Of a stretch of DNA of 64,000 bases, positions 50,623-60,236 are shown piece after piece; within the stretch, counting starts at the first letter, position 1, and the number at the start of each line of letters is the position of its first letter. The DNA is from an uncultured Chloroflexia bacterium (GTDB taxonomy: Bacteria; Chloroflexota; Limnocylindria; Limnocylindrales; CSP1-4): the NCBI GenBank assembly GCA_963762445.1, contig CAVXLA010000007.1:735-64734 (forward strand), given 5' to 3'. A program made the translations under genes and the position numbers. The notes below the pieces were generated by a model. That model was not told the origin of the DNA. It searched no databases and saw only the letters and a list, made by a program, of their open reading frames with translations.

Positions 50623-52066
50623 GCGCCACCCTCCCGCTGGCCCGCGGCATCGCGCTCGGCGGCCGGGGCGGCCAAGGCGGCCAGGGCGGCATCGCCTCGG
50701 CGGCGCGCCAGCGCTCGACCAGGTAGGGCTTCCGGAGCTCGAAGGCCCGGGCCTGGCGCTCGACGCGCTCCTCGGCGTCGTCCTGGCCCAGGTGGCGGCT
50801 CTCGACGATGAGGCTGCCGACACGCCCGAAGTACAGGGGCACGAGGGCGGCGACGAGGCGCTCGGGGGCGATGGCGCCGAAGCGGGCGGCGACGACGAGG
50901 TCGTAGACGATCCCGGCCCACAGCTCGTCCGGGAAGTGGAAGCCGGCCACGGCCTCGCTCATCTCGTCGGTGGTCACCTCGTTCGTGCCGCTCTCCGACC
51001 CGCCGATCCCCAGGCGCCGGCCCGCGCGCTCGGCGAGCCTGCCGGCCTCGATGGCGAGCTCCTCTGCCGCCGCAGCATGGTCTGGGGCCAGCATCGCCTG
51101 CCAGGTGTCGGCCAGCGTCACCCGCCCGGCGCCGTACTCGGAGAGGAGGCGCAGCGTGTTGACCTGGAGCGGGGCGGGCTCCACCCAGCGCTCGAAGCCG
51201 TAGGCGGGGACCTCGTGGCTGCCCCGGATGTCGAGCCAGGATTCGGGGTGGCGTCCCGCCAGCCCGAGGACCGTCACCACGACCTGGCGGAACATCGGCC
51301 CGAGGTCCGCCGAGGGGTCCTTGGGGTCGTGGACCTTCGCCCCGAGCCGGGTCTCGCAGACCGCGAAGCCACCCACGAGCGCGTGCGTCGTCATCCAGAT
51401 GTCGATCCCGAACCGGCTGACCTCGGCGGTCCAGTCGTCCTGGGCCAGGTAGTGGCGGACCAGGTCGCCCGAGACGCCGAAGTCGCCCCCGATCGGCTGT
51501 CGGATCCGCCGGCCATAGAGGGCCCGCGTCAGCGGGTAGGTGACCGTGTTGGTGATCGTGCCGTCGTACTTGTGGCGGGCGTAGAGCGGCGTGACGTAGT
51601 CGAAGCCGCCCTTGAGGATGGGCCCGGCGAGGAGCTCGATCCACTCGGGCGTGATCGAGCGCAGGTCGGAGTCGACGACCACGAGGGCGCGCGCGTCGAG
51701 GGCGGCCGCGATCTCGAAGATCGTGCGCAGGGCGGCACCCTTGCCGCCCACGCCGTCCACCTCGGGGTAGGTGAGGGTCAGGCGCTCGAGGCGGTTCGTC
51801 GGCCGGACGAGGAGGATCCGCTCGACGTAGTCCGGCGGCTCCGTCTCGGCGACCACGCGCTGGGTCCCGTCGGGCGAGCCGGCGTCGGAGTTGACGAGCA
51901 GGGGCCGCAGGTCGGCGAAGTACTGGACGAGCCCGGCCTGGGCGGCCCGCGTCACGTGCCCGATCGTGGTGGCGTTCTTGAAGCTCGGGATGCCGACGAC
52001 CAGGTCGGCCCGGCCGAGGCGTTCGATCTCCGCGGTGATCGCGGGCGTCAGCACGGTGGAGGCCAC
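50619..52066 (-). CDS. Glucosylglycerate/mannosylglycerate synthase-like GT2; probable frameshift near 50700
   Basis: VVGIPSF, GKGAA, DSDLRS, YARHKYDGTITN, RQPIGGDFG, FGIDIWMTT; alternative frame ends at 50619 overlapping gpgS start. Confidence 0.8.
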
Positions 52067-52112
52067 CCGGTCACCCTACCACGGGCCACGAGGGGGCCGC
52101 CGAGCTGGCACC

Positions 52113-52820
52113 CTAGCGGCGCGGCATCGCGACGAGCGACCAGCCGTCGTTGGGCGCGCCCGGGTGGTAGCGGCTGTTCGCCTCCTTGTAGGCCAGGCCG
52201 CCGAAGCCCAGCGAGCGCCACGTCCTGATGAAGCTGCCCGCCGGCTCACGGACGTAGGGCGAGCGTCGGACGCGCGGCCCCTCCGGGAGGACGCCCTCGA
52301 GGAGGCGCTTGCGCTCGAGCAGCGGGATCTCGAGGAGGGGCTCGCCGTCGAGGGCGACGAGGTCCACGGCGACGAACGCGATCGGCACGCGCTCGCGGCC
52401 GGCGGCTGCCTCGACCTGCTTGACCGTTCGGCCTGCGGGCAGTCCGGGAACGCGGCCGCCACCGCCCAGCTGGTCGGCGGCCCGGCCGCCGAGGAAGTAC
52501 TGCGTCACGTGCTCGCCCATGCCGGGGATCTCGTCGGCGTCGAGGAGGACTCCCTCGGCGGATCGGAGCGCCTGGTCCGTCAGGTACCCGTCGACGACGA
52601 GCACCTCCGCGAGCCGGCCGGCCGCCAGCTCGGCCACGACCTCGGGGTGCTCCAGGGCCAGGTCCGTGCCGCCGGCGTCGACCAGGCTGACGCCCGCCCG
52701 CGCGACGTGGGCGAGGACCCGGGTGCCGTCCCACGCCGGCTCGACGAGCGTGTCGCGCAGGTCGCGCGGCTTGCGCCGCCCGAACGGCTGCGGTCGCCAG
52801 GTGCGCGGATCGGTCTGCAT
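52113..52820 (-). CDS. ATP-dependent DNA ligase adenylation-like domain lacking catalytic residues
   Basis: EPAWDGTR, VDGYL, FVAVDL...PLLERKRLL, GGLAYK...SRYHPG. Confidence 0.7.
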   Translation of the reverse strand: MQTDPRTWRPQPFGRRKPRDLRDTLVEPAWDGTRVLAHVARAGVSLVDAGGTDLALEHPEVVAELAAGRLAEVLVVDGYLTDQALRSAEGVLLDADEIPGMGEHVTQYFLGGRAADQLGGGGRVPGLPAGRTVKQVEAAAGRERVPIAFVAVDLVALDGEPLLEIPLLERKRLLEGVLPEGPRVRRSPYVREPAGSFIRTWRSLGFGGLAYKEANSRYHPGAPNDGWSLVAMPRR

Positions 52821-52958
52821 CCCCGGATCGTAGCAGCGCCGCCGCGCCCACCGGAAGCGGCCGGAATAGCGGCGACGGCTTCCGGCGGCCCTGCACGACC
52901 GTCAGGATCGCGCGAACGCGCGCACCCCTCGCGCAGCGCGGTGGCCGGAGGACGCCAG

Positions 52959-52984
52959 AACGCCCCGGCCGGGGCCGGGGCGTT
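52959..52984 (-). terminator. Hairpin terminator
   Basis: AACGCCCCGGC-CGGG-GCCGGGGCGTT downstream of the 53030 gene. Confidence 0.55.
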
Positions 52985-53029
52985 GCTGAGGACGCGCGTC
53001 GTCGAGGCGACCCGGGCCGGGCCGCCCGG

Positions 53030-53278
53030 TCAGGCGATCGTGTGGGCGGCGTCGACGCAGGAGACGGCGCAGCCGCGGGCATCCTTGCCGGTCGAGCCGA
53101 CGAAGTGGAACCAGCGGCGCGCGCCGCTGAAGCCGGCGTCGTCCGCGGACTCGCGGGTGCTGAGGCGGCAGCCGCAGGCGTCGCAGACCACGGTGGCGCT
53201 GGACACGCGGGTCGCGGTCGCCGCCGGCCTTCCGAGGCCCCGGCTGTAGGTGGGCGGGATCAGGTCGATGGCGGTCAT
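53030..53278 (-). CDS. Small Cys/His-rich putative zinc-binding protein
   Basis: CDACGC...WFH...DARGC-x3-C-x4-H; AAGGA SD. Confidence 0.6.
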   Translation of the reverse strand: MTAIDLIPPTYSRGLGRPAATATRVSSATVVCDACGCRLSTRESADDAGFSGARRWFHFVGSTGKDARGCAVSCVDAAHTIA

Positions 53279-53468
53279 GGCGTCGGCGTCCTTGCTGGCG
53301 GGGCCCGATGGAGGGGCGGCGCTGCGGCGAGCCGTGGAGACGCTGCCCCGGAGGTTCGAACCCTACGCGGCGTCGGCGCGCCGGTCAGTACCGCCGCGGG
53401 GTCGCTTGCGTGTCGATTCGGTTGCCGGCCGAGGCGAGACGCGGCGGGCCCGGGAAGGTGGGAGCCCC

Positions 53469-54506
53469 TCAGGCTCCGTAGCCGCCGGGATGGGCTCGCC
53501 GCCAGGCCCAGGCCGAGGCCACGATCTCGGCGAGGTTGCGGTGAGTCGCCTCCCAGCCGAGCACGGCCCGGGCCCGGCTCGCCTCTGCCACGAGCGCGGG
53601 CGGATCGCCCGCGCGGCGCGGGCCGATCTGGTGCGGGACGGGGCGCCCGGTGGCCGCGGCGACGGCGGCGAGCACCTCGCGAACACTGAAGCCGCCGCCG
53701 TTGCCGAGGTTGAGGGCGATCGCGGCGGCGTCGCGGGATCCCGGCGCCCCGCCGTCGCCCACCGGCGCGCCCGCCGTGCGGGCGTCGCCCGGCGCGGTGG
53801 CCTCGAGGGCGAGCAGGTGGGCCAGGGCCAGGTCCTCGACGTGGATGTAGTCCCGGATGCATGTTCCGTCGGCGGTCGGGTAGTCCGTTCCGAAGACGGT
53901 CACCTCGCCACGCCCCTCGACGGCCGCGAGCACGCTGGGGACGAGGTGCGTCTCCGGCTCGTGGACCTCGCCGTTGCGGGCAGAGGCTCCGGCGACGTTG
54001 AAGTAGCGAAGGCTGACGCTCCGGAGGCCGTAGGCGGCGGCGTACCAGCGGAGCGCGCCCTCGAACGCCCGCTTGGTCTCGCCGTAGGGGTTGATCGGGG
54101 CCAGGACGGCGTCCTCGCGGATCGGGACGCCGGCGGGGGTCCCGTAGACGGCGGCAGTGGAGCTGAAGACGAGGCGTCGCACGCCGGCCTCGCGCAGCGC
54201 CTCCAGGAGCGTCACGCCGCCGACCACGTTCTCGCGGTAGTACAGGGCGGGGTCCACGACCGATTCCCCGACGAGCGAGCGCGCGGCGCAATGGAGGACG
54301 GCATCGACCGGGGCCTCGGCCAGGAGGGCGCGCACGAGGCCGGCGTCGCCGTAGCTCCCCACGACGAGACGGGCGCCGGGCGCGACGGCCTCGCGATGGC
54401 CCTTCGAGAGGTCGTCGAGCACGACGACGTCATGGCCGGCGGCGACGAGGGCCTCGACGGAGACCGATCCCACGTAGCCGGCGCCGCCGGTGACGAGCAC
54501 GCGCAT
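53469..54506 (-). CDS. galE: UDP-glucose 4-epimerase
   Basis: TGGAGYVGS, FSSTAAVYG, YGETK, LRYFNVAGA, RDYIHV. Confidence 0.92.
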   Translation of the reverse strand: MRVLVTGGAGYVGSVSVEALVAAGHDVVVLDDLSKGHREAVAPGARLVVGSYGDAGLVRALLAEAPVDAVLHCAARSLVGESVVDPALYYRENVVGGVTLLEALREAGVRRLVFSSTAAVYGTPAGVPIREDAVLAPINPYGETKRAFEGALRWYAAAYGLRSVSLRYFNVAGASARNGEVHEPETHLVPSVLAAVEGRGEVTVFGTDYPTADGTCIRDYIHVEDLALAHLLALEATAPGDARTAGAPVGDGGAPGSRDAAAIALNLGNGGGFSVREVLAAVAAATGRPVPHQIGPRRAGDPPALVAEASRARAVLGWEATHRNLAEIVASAWAWRRAHPGGYGA

Positions 54507-54907
54507 CACGACCTCCGGATGATGCGCCGCAGGAGCCCGCGGCGCGCGGGAGCCGCCGGGGGGGCTTCGGCGCCGGGAGGGGCCGGGTCGGGCACGGGGC
54601 CCGGCGAACCCGTCACGCCTGCGGATGCCGCGCGCCCGGCCACGGCGGCGTCCCGGTGGCGAGCCACTTCGTCGAGGCGGTCGATCATCCGTCGGGCGGT
54701 CGCGTTCTCGGGGTCGATCTCCAGGGCGGCCTGCGCCAGGGCGTGAGCGCCTGCATCGTCGCCGCGCTCGAGGGCCACGCGAGACAACCCGACCGCGGCG
54801 ATGCCGTTGCGGGGGTCCGCCTCGAGCACCGTGCGGTAGGTCGCCTCGGCCTGGTCCAGGAGCCCGAGGGCGAGCAGGCGCTCGGCATTGAGGAGGAGCT
54901 CGATCAC
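54506..54907 (-). CDS. TPR repeat protein
   Basis: AEATYRTVLEADPRN, ALEIDPEN. Confidence 0.75.
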   Translation of the reverse strand: MIELLLNAERLLALGLLDQAEATYRTVLEADPRNGIAAVGLSRVALERGDDAGAHALAQAALEIDPENATARRMIDRLDEVARHRDAAVAGRAASAGVTGSPGPVPDPAPPGAEAPPAAPARRGLLRRIIRRS

Positions 54908-56313
54908 GGCGGAGTCCCGGGGCCGGCGGCGAGGTCGGCGTCGAGCCGGGTGGCGCCCGCGAGCTCCCGCGCGATCGCGAGGAGCCGCCCGCGCTCGTTG
55001 AGCATGGGGTCGGCCAGGACGCGTTCCAGGAGCTGGTCGAGCAGGCGGCCCACCGCCGGACCCGGTCCGAGGTCCAGCGCGCCCATGAGATCGTCGCCGC
55101 CGACGGCGAGGTCGCCCCGCTCCAGGGCGACGTGGGCAGCGACCTGCGCCCGGCAGCGCTCGCGCAGCTCGTCGAGGTCGTCGACGTCGACCGGCAGGCC
55201 GCTGCCGATGTTGTCGGCGGCGCGCAGGTCCAGCAGCTCCTCCAGATCGGCAAGGCCAACGCGCCGGATGAATCGCCGGATCGCAGCGTCCGACCAGTCC
55301 GGGACGTAGGCGAACATGTGGTGGCGCACGAGGCCGACGACCCGCAGGGCGAACGCCCGCGGCGCCCGCAGCCCGTCGAGCCAGGCCGCCGCGAGATCCG
55401 CCCCGACCGCGTCGTGGCCGACGAAGTGGCCGTCGGCGAAGGTGGCCGGCTTGCCCACGTCGTGGAGCAGCGCGGCGGTCCGGGCGAGCGGAAGCCCGTC
55501 CACCAGGGTCGGCGCGGCGGCGTCGACCGTCCGCCAGGTGTGATCCCAGAGGTCGTCGCCGGGGATCTTCGCCTGGGGGATCCCGCGTTGACGCGCCAGC
55601 TCGGGGGCGACGACGGCCAGGAGGCCGGTCTCCCCGGCGAGGCGGAGGCCGGTCGACGGCCGCTCCGCCCCGAGCAGCCGCATGAGCTCGGCGAACGTGC
55701 GCTCCCCGGACACGTGGACGGCGAGCGGCGCCTCGGCGGCGATGGCGGCGCGCGTGGCCGGCTCCACCGCGAAGCCCAGGGTCGCCGCGAAGCGGACCGC
55801 GCGGAGCATCCGCAGGGCGTCCTCGCGGAAGCGCGCCGCCGGGTCGCCGACGGCGCGGAGGATGCCCGCCGCGAGGTCGGCCCGGCCGTCGAAGAGGTCC
55901 TCGACGGCGCCCGGCAGCCCGTCGGCGTCGAACGGGATCGCCATCGCGTTCACGGTGAAGTCACGCCGCGCGAGGTCCTCCTCGAGCGTGTCGCCGAAGG
56001 TGACATCGTCGGGTCGCCGGTGGTCGGAGTACGTGCCGTCGCGCCGGAAGGTCGTGACCTCGTGCGTGCCGTCGGCGAGCGGCACGGACACCGTCCCGAA
56101 GCGGTTCTCGTAGCGCGCTCCGGGGAAGAGGGCGAGGAGGCGGTCCGGCCGGGCGTCCGTCGCCACGTCCCAGTCCGGGGGCCGGACCCCGCGCAGCAGG
56201 TCGCGGACGCAACCGCCGACGAGGTGCGCCTCGTGGCCGGCCGCGCGAAGCGTGCGGGCGATCGACCGCACGCCGGCGGGCACCGCGTCGGGCGGCATCG
56301 CTCCGGCGGCCAT
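54904..56313 (-). CDS. cca: CCA tRNA nucleotidyltransferase with HD domain
   Basis: VGGCVRD-DWD, RRDFTVNA, EDALRMLR, LLHDVGK; start approximate. Confidence 0.88.
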   Translation of the reverse strand: MAAGAMPPDAVPAGVRSIARTLRAAGHEAHLVGGCVRDLLRGVRPPDWDVATDARPDRLLALFPGARYENRFGTVSVPLADGTHEVTTFRRDGTYSDHRRPDDVTFGDTLEEDLARRDFTVNAMAIPFDADGLPGAVEDLFDGRADLAAGILRAVGDPAARFREDALRMLRAVRFAATLGFAVEPATRAAIAAEAPLAVHVSGERTFAELMRLLGAERPSTGLRLAGETGLLAVVAPELARQRGIPQAKIPGDDLWDHTWRTVDAAAPTLVDGLPLARTAALLHDVGKPATFADGHFVGHDAVGADLAAAWLDGLRAPRAFALRVVGLVRHHMFAYVPDWSDAAIRRFIRRVGLADLEELLDLRAADNIGSGLPVDVDDLDELRERCRAQVAAHVALERGDLAVGGDDLMGALDLGPGPAVGRLLDQLLERVLADPMLNERGRLLAIARELAGATRLDADLAAGPGTPP

Positions 56314-56345
56314 CGCTCCCGTGATCGCGGCCCGCTCGCCGCCCG

Positions 56346-56861
56346 TCAGTTCGGGCCCAGGAAGAGATAGCCGCGCCATGCTCCGTTGCGCTCGTCGGCG
56401 AGGTACGGCGTGAAGAGGGAGTAGACGTCGCTCCGCGGCTCGTAGGGCGGGCGGAGGAGCCGGATCCGCGCCTCGTCCGGCGTGCGGCCGCCCTTGCGGT
56501 GGTTGCAGACCTTGCAGGCCGTGACGAGGTTCTCCCACGTGTGGCTCCCGCCGCGGTGCCGGGGGATCACGTGGTCGAGTGTCAGGTCGTGGCCCTGCCG
56601 GCCGCAGTACTGGCAGGTGTGGGCGTCGCGGGTGAAGATCTCGCGGCGGCTGAGGCGGACCCGGGGGCGTGGGCGCCGGACGTGGTGCTGCAGCCGGATG
56701 ATCGAGGGCGCCCGGTACGCGGCGCGCGGCGTCCTGATCGTCTGGTGGTCGTACTCGACGACTTCCGCCTTCGCGCCGAAGACCAGCCGGAAGGCGCGGG
56801 GCAGGTTGCAGACGTTCAGCGGCTCGTAGTTCTGGTTCAGCACGAGCACGACACCGTCCAT
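56346..56861 (-). CDS. HNH endonuclease
   Basis: VLVLNQNYEP, CQYCG, TLDHVIP, CKVCNHRKG. Confidence 0.9.
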   Translation of the reverse strand: MDGVVLVLNQNYEPLNVCNLPRAFRLVFGAKAEVVEYDHQTIRTPRAAYRAPSIIRLQHHVRRPRPRVRLSRREIFTRDAHTCQYCGRQGHDLTLDHVIPRHRGGSHTWENLVTACKVCNHRKGGRTPDEARIRLLRPPYEPRSDVYSLFTPYLADERNGAWRGYLFLGPN

Positions 56862-56994
56862 GGTGGCCGGATCGTAGCAGGAGGCCGCGGCGGACCGCGC
56901 CCGCCTCGTCGCTGAGTCACCCGCGGCACGTCGCCGGCGCCCACTCGTCGCGCTCGCGGCGTCGCGCTACCCGCGCCGTGTCACCGGCGCGGCG

Positions 56995-57510
56995 TCACCA
57001 GGCCGCGCCCTCGGCGACCTTGTCCCGACGCAGCCAGACGATGAGGGCGATGACGAACCGCAGGATCAGGCTGATCCCGTAGGCGGTGCACCAGACGCAC
57101 ACGGCCTCGATGAGGAAGACCTGGGCGAACATGAACCAGGCCTCGAAGGTCACGCCGACCAGGCTCAGCCCGTAGTGGATGGCAAGGAGCCGGCGATCGC
57201 CCGTCTTCCACCAGCCCAGGGCGGCCGCCAGGAGGATGAGCGAGAGGCCAACGCCGAACACCGCGACCGGGATCGGCCCGAGCCACGCGTACTGGCTTTT
57301 CGCAACCTCCTCGCAGCCCTTGAGCGGGCCGCAGACCGGTACGCCGCCCGAGAGCTCGACGACGGAGAGGTACGAGGCGACGACGAGCCCGAACGTGTCG
57401 AGGGCGGCGAGGATCAACCCGGGGTGGACCCCGCGCGCGCGGATCGCGAACATCGCGACCCCGAACGTGACCACGGCGACGACAACCCAGAAGAGCACCC
57501 AGGCAAGCAT
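56995..57510 (-). CDS. Vitamin K epoxide reductase (VKOR) family protein
   Basis: C-x5-C...S loop and CVWC motif; TM segments. Confidence 0.88.
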   Translation of the reverse strand: MLAWVLFWVVVAVVTFGVAMFAIRARGVHPGLILAALDTFGLVVASYLSVVELSGGVPVCGPLKGCEEVAKSQYAWLGPIPVAVFGVGLSLILLAAALGWWKTGDRRLLAIHYGLSLVGVTFEAWFMFAQVFLIEAVCVWCTAYGISLILRFVIALIVWLRRDKVAEGAAW

Positions 57511-57648
57511 GAGGTGCAGGGTAGCGAAATCGCGCGATTGGGGTGGAGGGCCTCACAGCCTGCCGAAACGGGGCCGGTCGGCGGGGAATCGCTGCCGCGG
57601 TCGCCCTCGGGGTGGCATGCGGACCCCGCGGGGGCGTACGCTCCGGAC

Positions 57649-58434
57649 GTGCTGCTCGGGATCGACCACCTCGTGCTCGCCGTCGACGACCCCGACGTGG
57701 CCGCCGCTGCGCTGGAGGCCGAGCTCGGTTTGGCCGCCACCGCCGGCGGGCGTCACGACGCGGGAACCCATAACCGCCTCGTCTTCCTCGGCGACGCCTA
57801 CCTCGAGCTGATCGGCGCCTGGGATCGTGACCGGGCGCTGGCCCATCCGATCGGCGCCGCGGTCGTCCGCGCGCTCGACGCGGGCATCCCCGGGCTCGTG
57901 ACGTACGCCCTCGCGACCGACGGCGCGCGCCGCGAGGTCCTGGCACTCCGCGCCGCCGGCTCCGCGATCTCGGACGCGACCCCCGGTGCGCGGATGCGCC
58001 CTGACGGCGAGGCGGTGGCCTGGCAGGTCGCCTTCCCGCCCGTCCTCGGCCCGGCCGAGCCGCCGTTCCTCATCGAGCACGAGCTGCGCGGGCCCGAGTG
58101 GGGCGACGAGGCCCGCCGGGCTCGCGCGTCACTCGTTCATCCCTTCGGCGGCATCGCCCGCCTCGTCGGACTGGAGCTCGTGGTGGAGAACCCGGCGACG
58201 GTCGCGGCCGCCTATGCCGCGACGGTGGGAGTCGCCGTTCCACCCGGTCCGGGCGCCGCGCCCGGCGGGCGCGAGGCTCGCATCGGCGAGCACTGGGTGC
58301 GCCTGGTGCCGCTCGGCAACCGTGCCACGGGGGAGCCGGCTGCCTCGGAGCCGGCCGCTCGCGTCGGGATTCGCGGGACGGCCGGCAGGCGCGTCATCCG
58401 AGACCTCTTCGGGGTCCGATTCGCCCGGCTCTGA
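57649..58434 (+). CDS. VOC family (glyoxalase_3-like) protein
   Basis: IDHLVLAV, GGRHDAGTHNRLV, YLELI, PFLIE. Confidence 0.85.
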   Translation: MLLGIDHLVLAVDDPDVAAAALEAELGLAATAGGRHDAGTHNRLVFLGDAYLELIGAWDRDRALAHPIGAAVVRALDAGIPGLVTYALATDGARREVLALRAAGSAISDATPGARMRPDGEAVAWQVAFPPVLGPAEPPFLIEHELRGPEWGDEARRARASLVHPFGGIARLVGLELVVENPATVAAAYAATVGVAVPPGPGAAPGGREARIGEHWVRLVPLGNRATGEPAASEPAARVGIRGTAGRRVIRDLFGVRFARL

Positions 58435-58507
58435 CGACCGGCACGGGCCGCGGCTCGCCGTGTCGGGGAGGACGCCGGGGACCCGGCGCAGCGTACCATC
58501 CCGCGTG

Positions 58508-58999
58508 ATGGACCCCCTCGCGCAGGCCAGCCACGAGCACCACGACCGCCTCATCCCGCACGTCGAGCAGCTCGCCCGCCTGGCCGAGCGCATCGACGAG
58601 GGCATCACCCCCGCCTTCCTCGACGACTGCGAGGCGGAGCACCGCTTCATCGTCGGCTCGCTCCTGCCGCACATGGAGGCCATCGAGACGACGCTCTACG
58701 GCGCGCTGGACCGGCTCATGGACGGCCGCCACTCGATGGCCCCGATGCGCCGGGAGCACGCGGAGCTCCGGCGCCTGATCGAGTCCACGGGCGAGTACCA
58801 CGAGCTCGTCACCAGCGGCCGCCTGGGAGCGGCCGAGGCGATGGGCCTGCGCCGGGCCCTCTACCGGCTGCACGCCATGCTCAGGGTCCACCTCGCGGAG
58901 GAGGAGCTCTACCTCCGAGTCCTCGATCGCAACCTCTCCGAGGCCGAGAAGGACGAGCTGGCGCGGGGCATCGAGCACGCCGTGGCGGAGCCGCTGTAG
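58508..58999 (+). CDS. Hemerythrin domain protein
   Basis: HEHH, HMEAIETTLY, MRREH, HLAEEELY. Confidence 0.85.
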   Translation: MDPLAQASHEHHDRLIPHVEQLARLAERIDEGITPAFLDDCEAEHRFIVGSLLPHMEAIETTLYGALDRLMDGRHSMAPMRREHAELRRLIESTGEYHELVTSGRLGAAEAMGLRRALYRLHAMLRVHLAEEELYLRVLDRNLSEAEKDELARGIEHAVAEPL

Positions 59000-59035
59000 C
59001 GGGCCGTCAGGCGCCAGATCCCAGGGAGGATGGGC

Positions 59036-59485
59036 TCAGGCGCGCGGGTGCCGGGGCCCGGTGACGGCGTCGAGGTAGCGACCGTCGAACTCGCCGATCA
59101 GGCGGGCGCGCTCCTTCATGACCGCCGCCCACTCGTCGAGGGCCGCGTAGCCCGCCGCCGTCAGCTCGTAATCGCGCCGCTGGGGGCCGACGGCCTCCGT
59201 CGACCAGCGCGACGTCACGTGGCCGGCCGCCTCGAGGTCGCGAAGGGTCCGGTAGACCTGGCCGACGTCGACCGCGCCGCCGGTGATCCCCATCTCCTCG
59301 AGCTCGCCGGTGATGGCGTAGCCGTGGGCGCCCGTCGTGGCGAGGACGACGAGGACGAACGGCTCCATCCAGCGGTGCCGGCCCCCGAGCGGCGCCCAAC
59401 CCCGATGGACCGGGACGCCGGACTCGTCGTGGTCGGACGCCAGGGCGTCCGACGCCGCGCCCGCGGTCTCCTCCGTCTCTGACAT
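59036..59485 (-). CDS. PadR family regulator
   Basis: AHGYAI, VYRTLRDLEAAG, GPQRRDYELT. Confidence 0.85.
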   Translation of the reverse strand: MSETEETAGAASDALASDHDESGVPVHRGWAPLGGRHRWMEPFVLVVLATTGAHGYAITGELEEMGITGGAVDVGQVYRTLRDLEAAGHVTSRWSTEAVGPQRRDYELTAAGYAALDEWAAVMKERARLIGEFDGRYLDAVTGPRHPRA

Positions 59486-59564
59486 CAGCGGGTCGCTCGA
59501 GGCACGCATCTGCCGCGGGAGCATAGCCGTCCGGTGCCGCCCCTGCCCGGCCCGGCGGCCCGCG

Positions 59565-60059
59565 TCAGGCCTCCGGGATGCCCGAATGCTTCAGGGCGGC
59601 CGCCATCACCTCGGCCGCCTCCTCGCTCACGCCGTGGTTGATGATCGGGATGTAGACCTCTTCCTCCACGAGATGGATCTCGAGCAGGGCGTAGAGCCGG
59701 TACAGCACGCGCCGCAGAGCCACGGTCCTGCCGATCCTGGGTCGCTCCTCGCCGAGGGCCTGGACCAGGTGCGAGAGCTCGGCCACCAGGCGACGGATCT
59801 CGACGTGCTCGCGGCGCATCGGCGCCATCGAATGCCGGTTCTGCATCATGCGCTCGAGCTCGGGGTAGAGGGTTCGCTCGGCTGCCTCCAGGTGGGGGAT
59901 CAGGAGCGCATTCAGCCATCCGTCGAGCTCCGCGAGGCGCGGCCGGAGCTCCTGGATGGGAGCGGTCAGGATCATCTTCCCGACCGCCGGCATCTCATCG
60001 ACGTGCTGCATGAGGCGTTCGTGGTGCTCGTGGGCCACGCGCGGCAGCGTGGGCATCAT
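59565..60059 (-). CDS. Hemerythrin domain protein (paralog of 58508)
   Basis: HEHH, HLEAAERTLY, RHSMAPMRREH, HLVEEEVY. Confidence 0.85.
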   Translation of the reverse strand: MMPTLPRVAHEHHERLMQHVDEMPAVGKMILTAPIQELRPRLAELDGWLNALLIPHLEAAERTLYPELERMMQNRHSMAPMRREHVEIRRLVAELSHLVQALGEERPRIGRTVALRRVLYRLYALLEIHLVEEEVYIPIINHGVSEEAAEVMAAALKHSGIPEA

Positions 60060-60178
60060 CGGATCCTCCTCGGCGTCGTCGTCGACCCTGCTGCCCGATC
60101 GTCGCGCGGGAGTCCCGGGCGTGCCTCCCGTGTCCCCAACCGGTCTCGAACCCCGTCGGCTCGTGTACATGCGTCGAG

Positions 60179-60209
60179 ATTATAAGATCGTCAACCCTAT
60201 ATATGTCAA
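60179..60209 (-). promoter_or_regulatory. Consensus sigma70 promoter with 19-bp spacer
   Basis: Minus strand TTGACA (60209-60204), N19, TATAAT (60184-60179) in an AT-rich patch. Confidence 0.65.
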
Positions 60210-60236
60210 TACCATCTATCTGGTAGCAGCTGGGCC

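Noticed and set aside
53340-53380. tRNA gene (GGTTCGAACCC)
   Set aside because: No acceptor, D or anticodon stems could be built
56346-56861. HNH gene as a mobile or defence nuclease
   Set aside because: Normal GC and embedded in a housekeeping run with cca and galE
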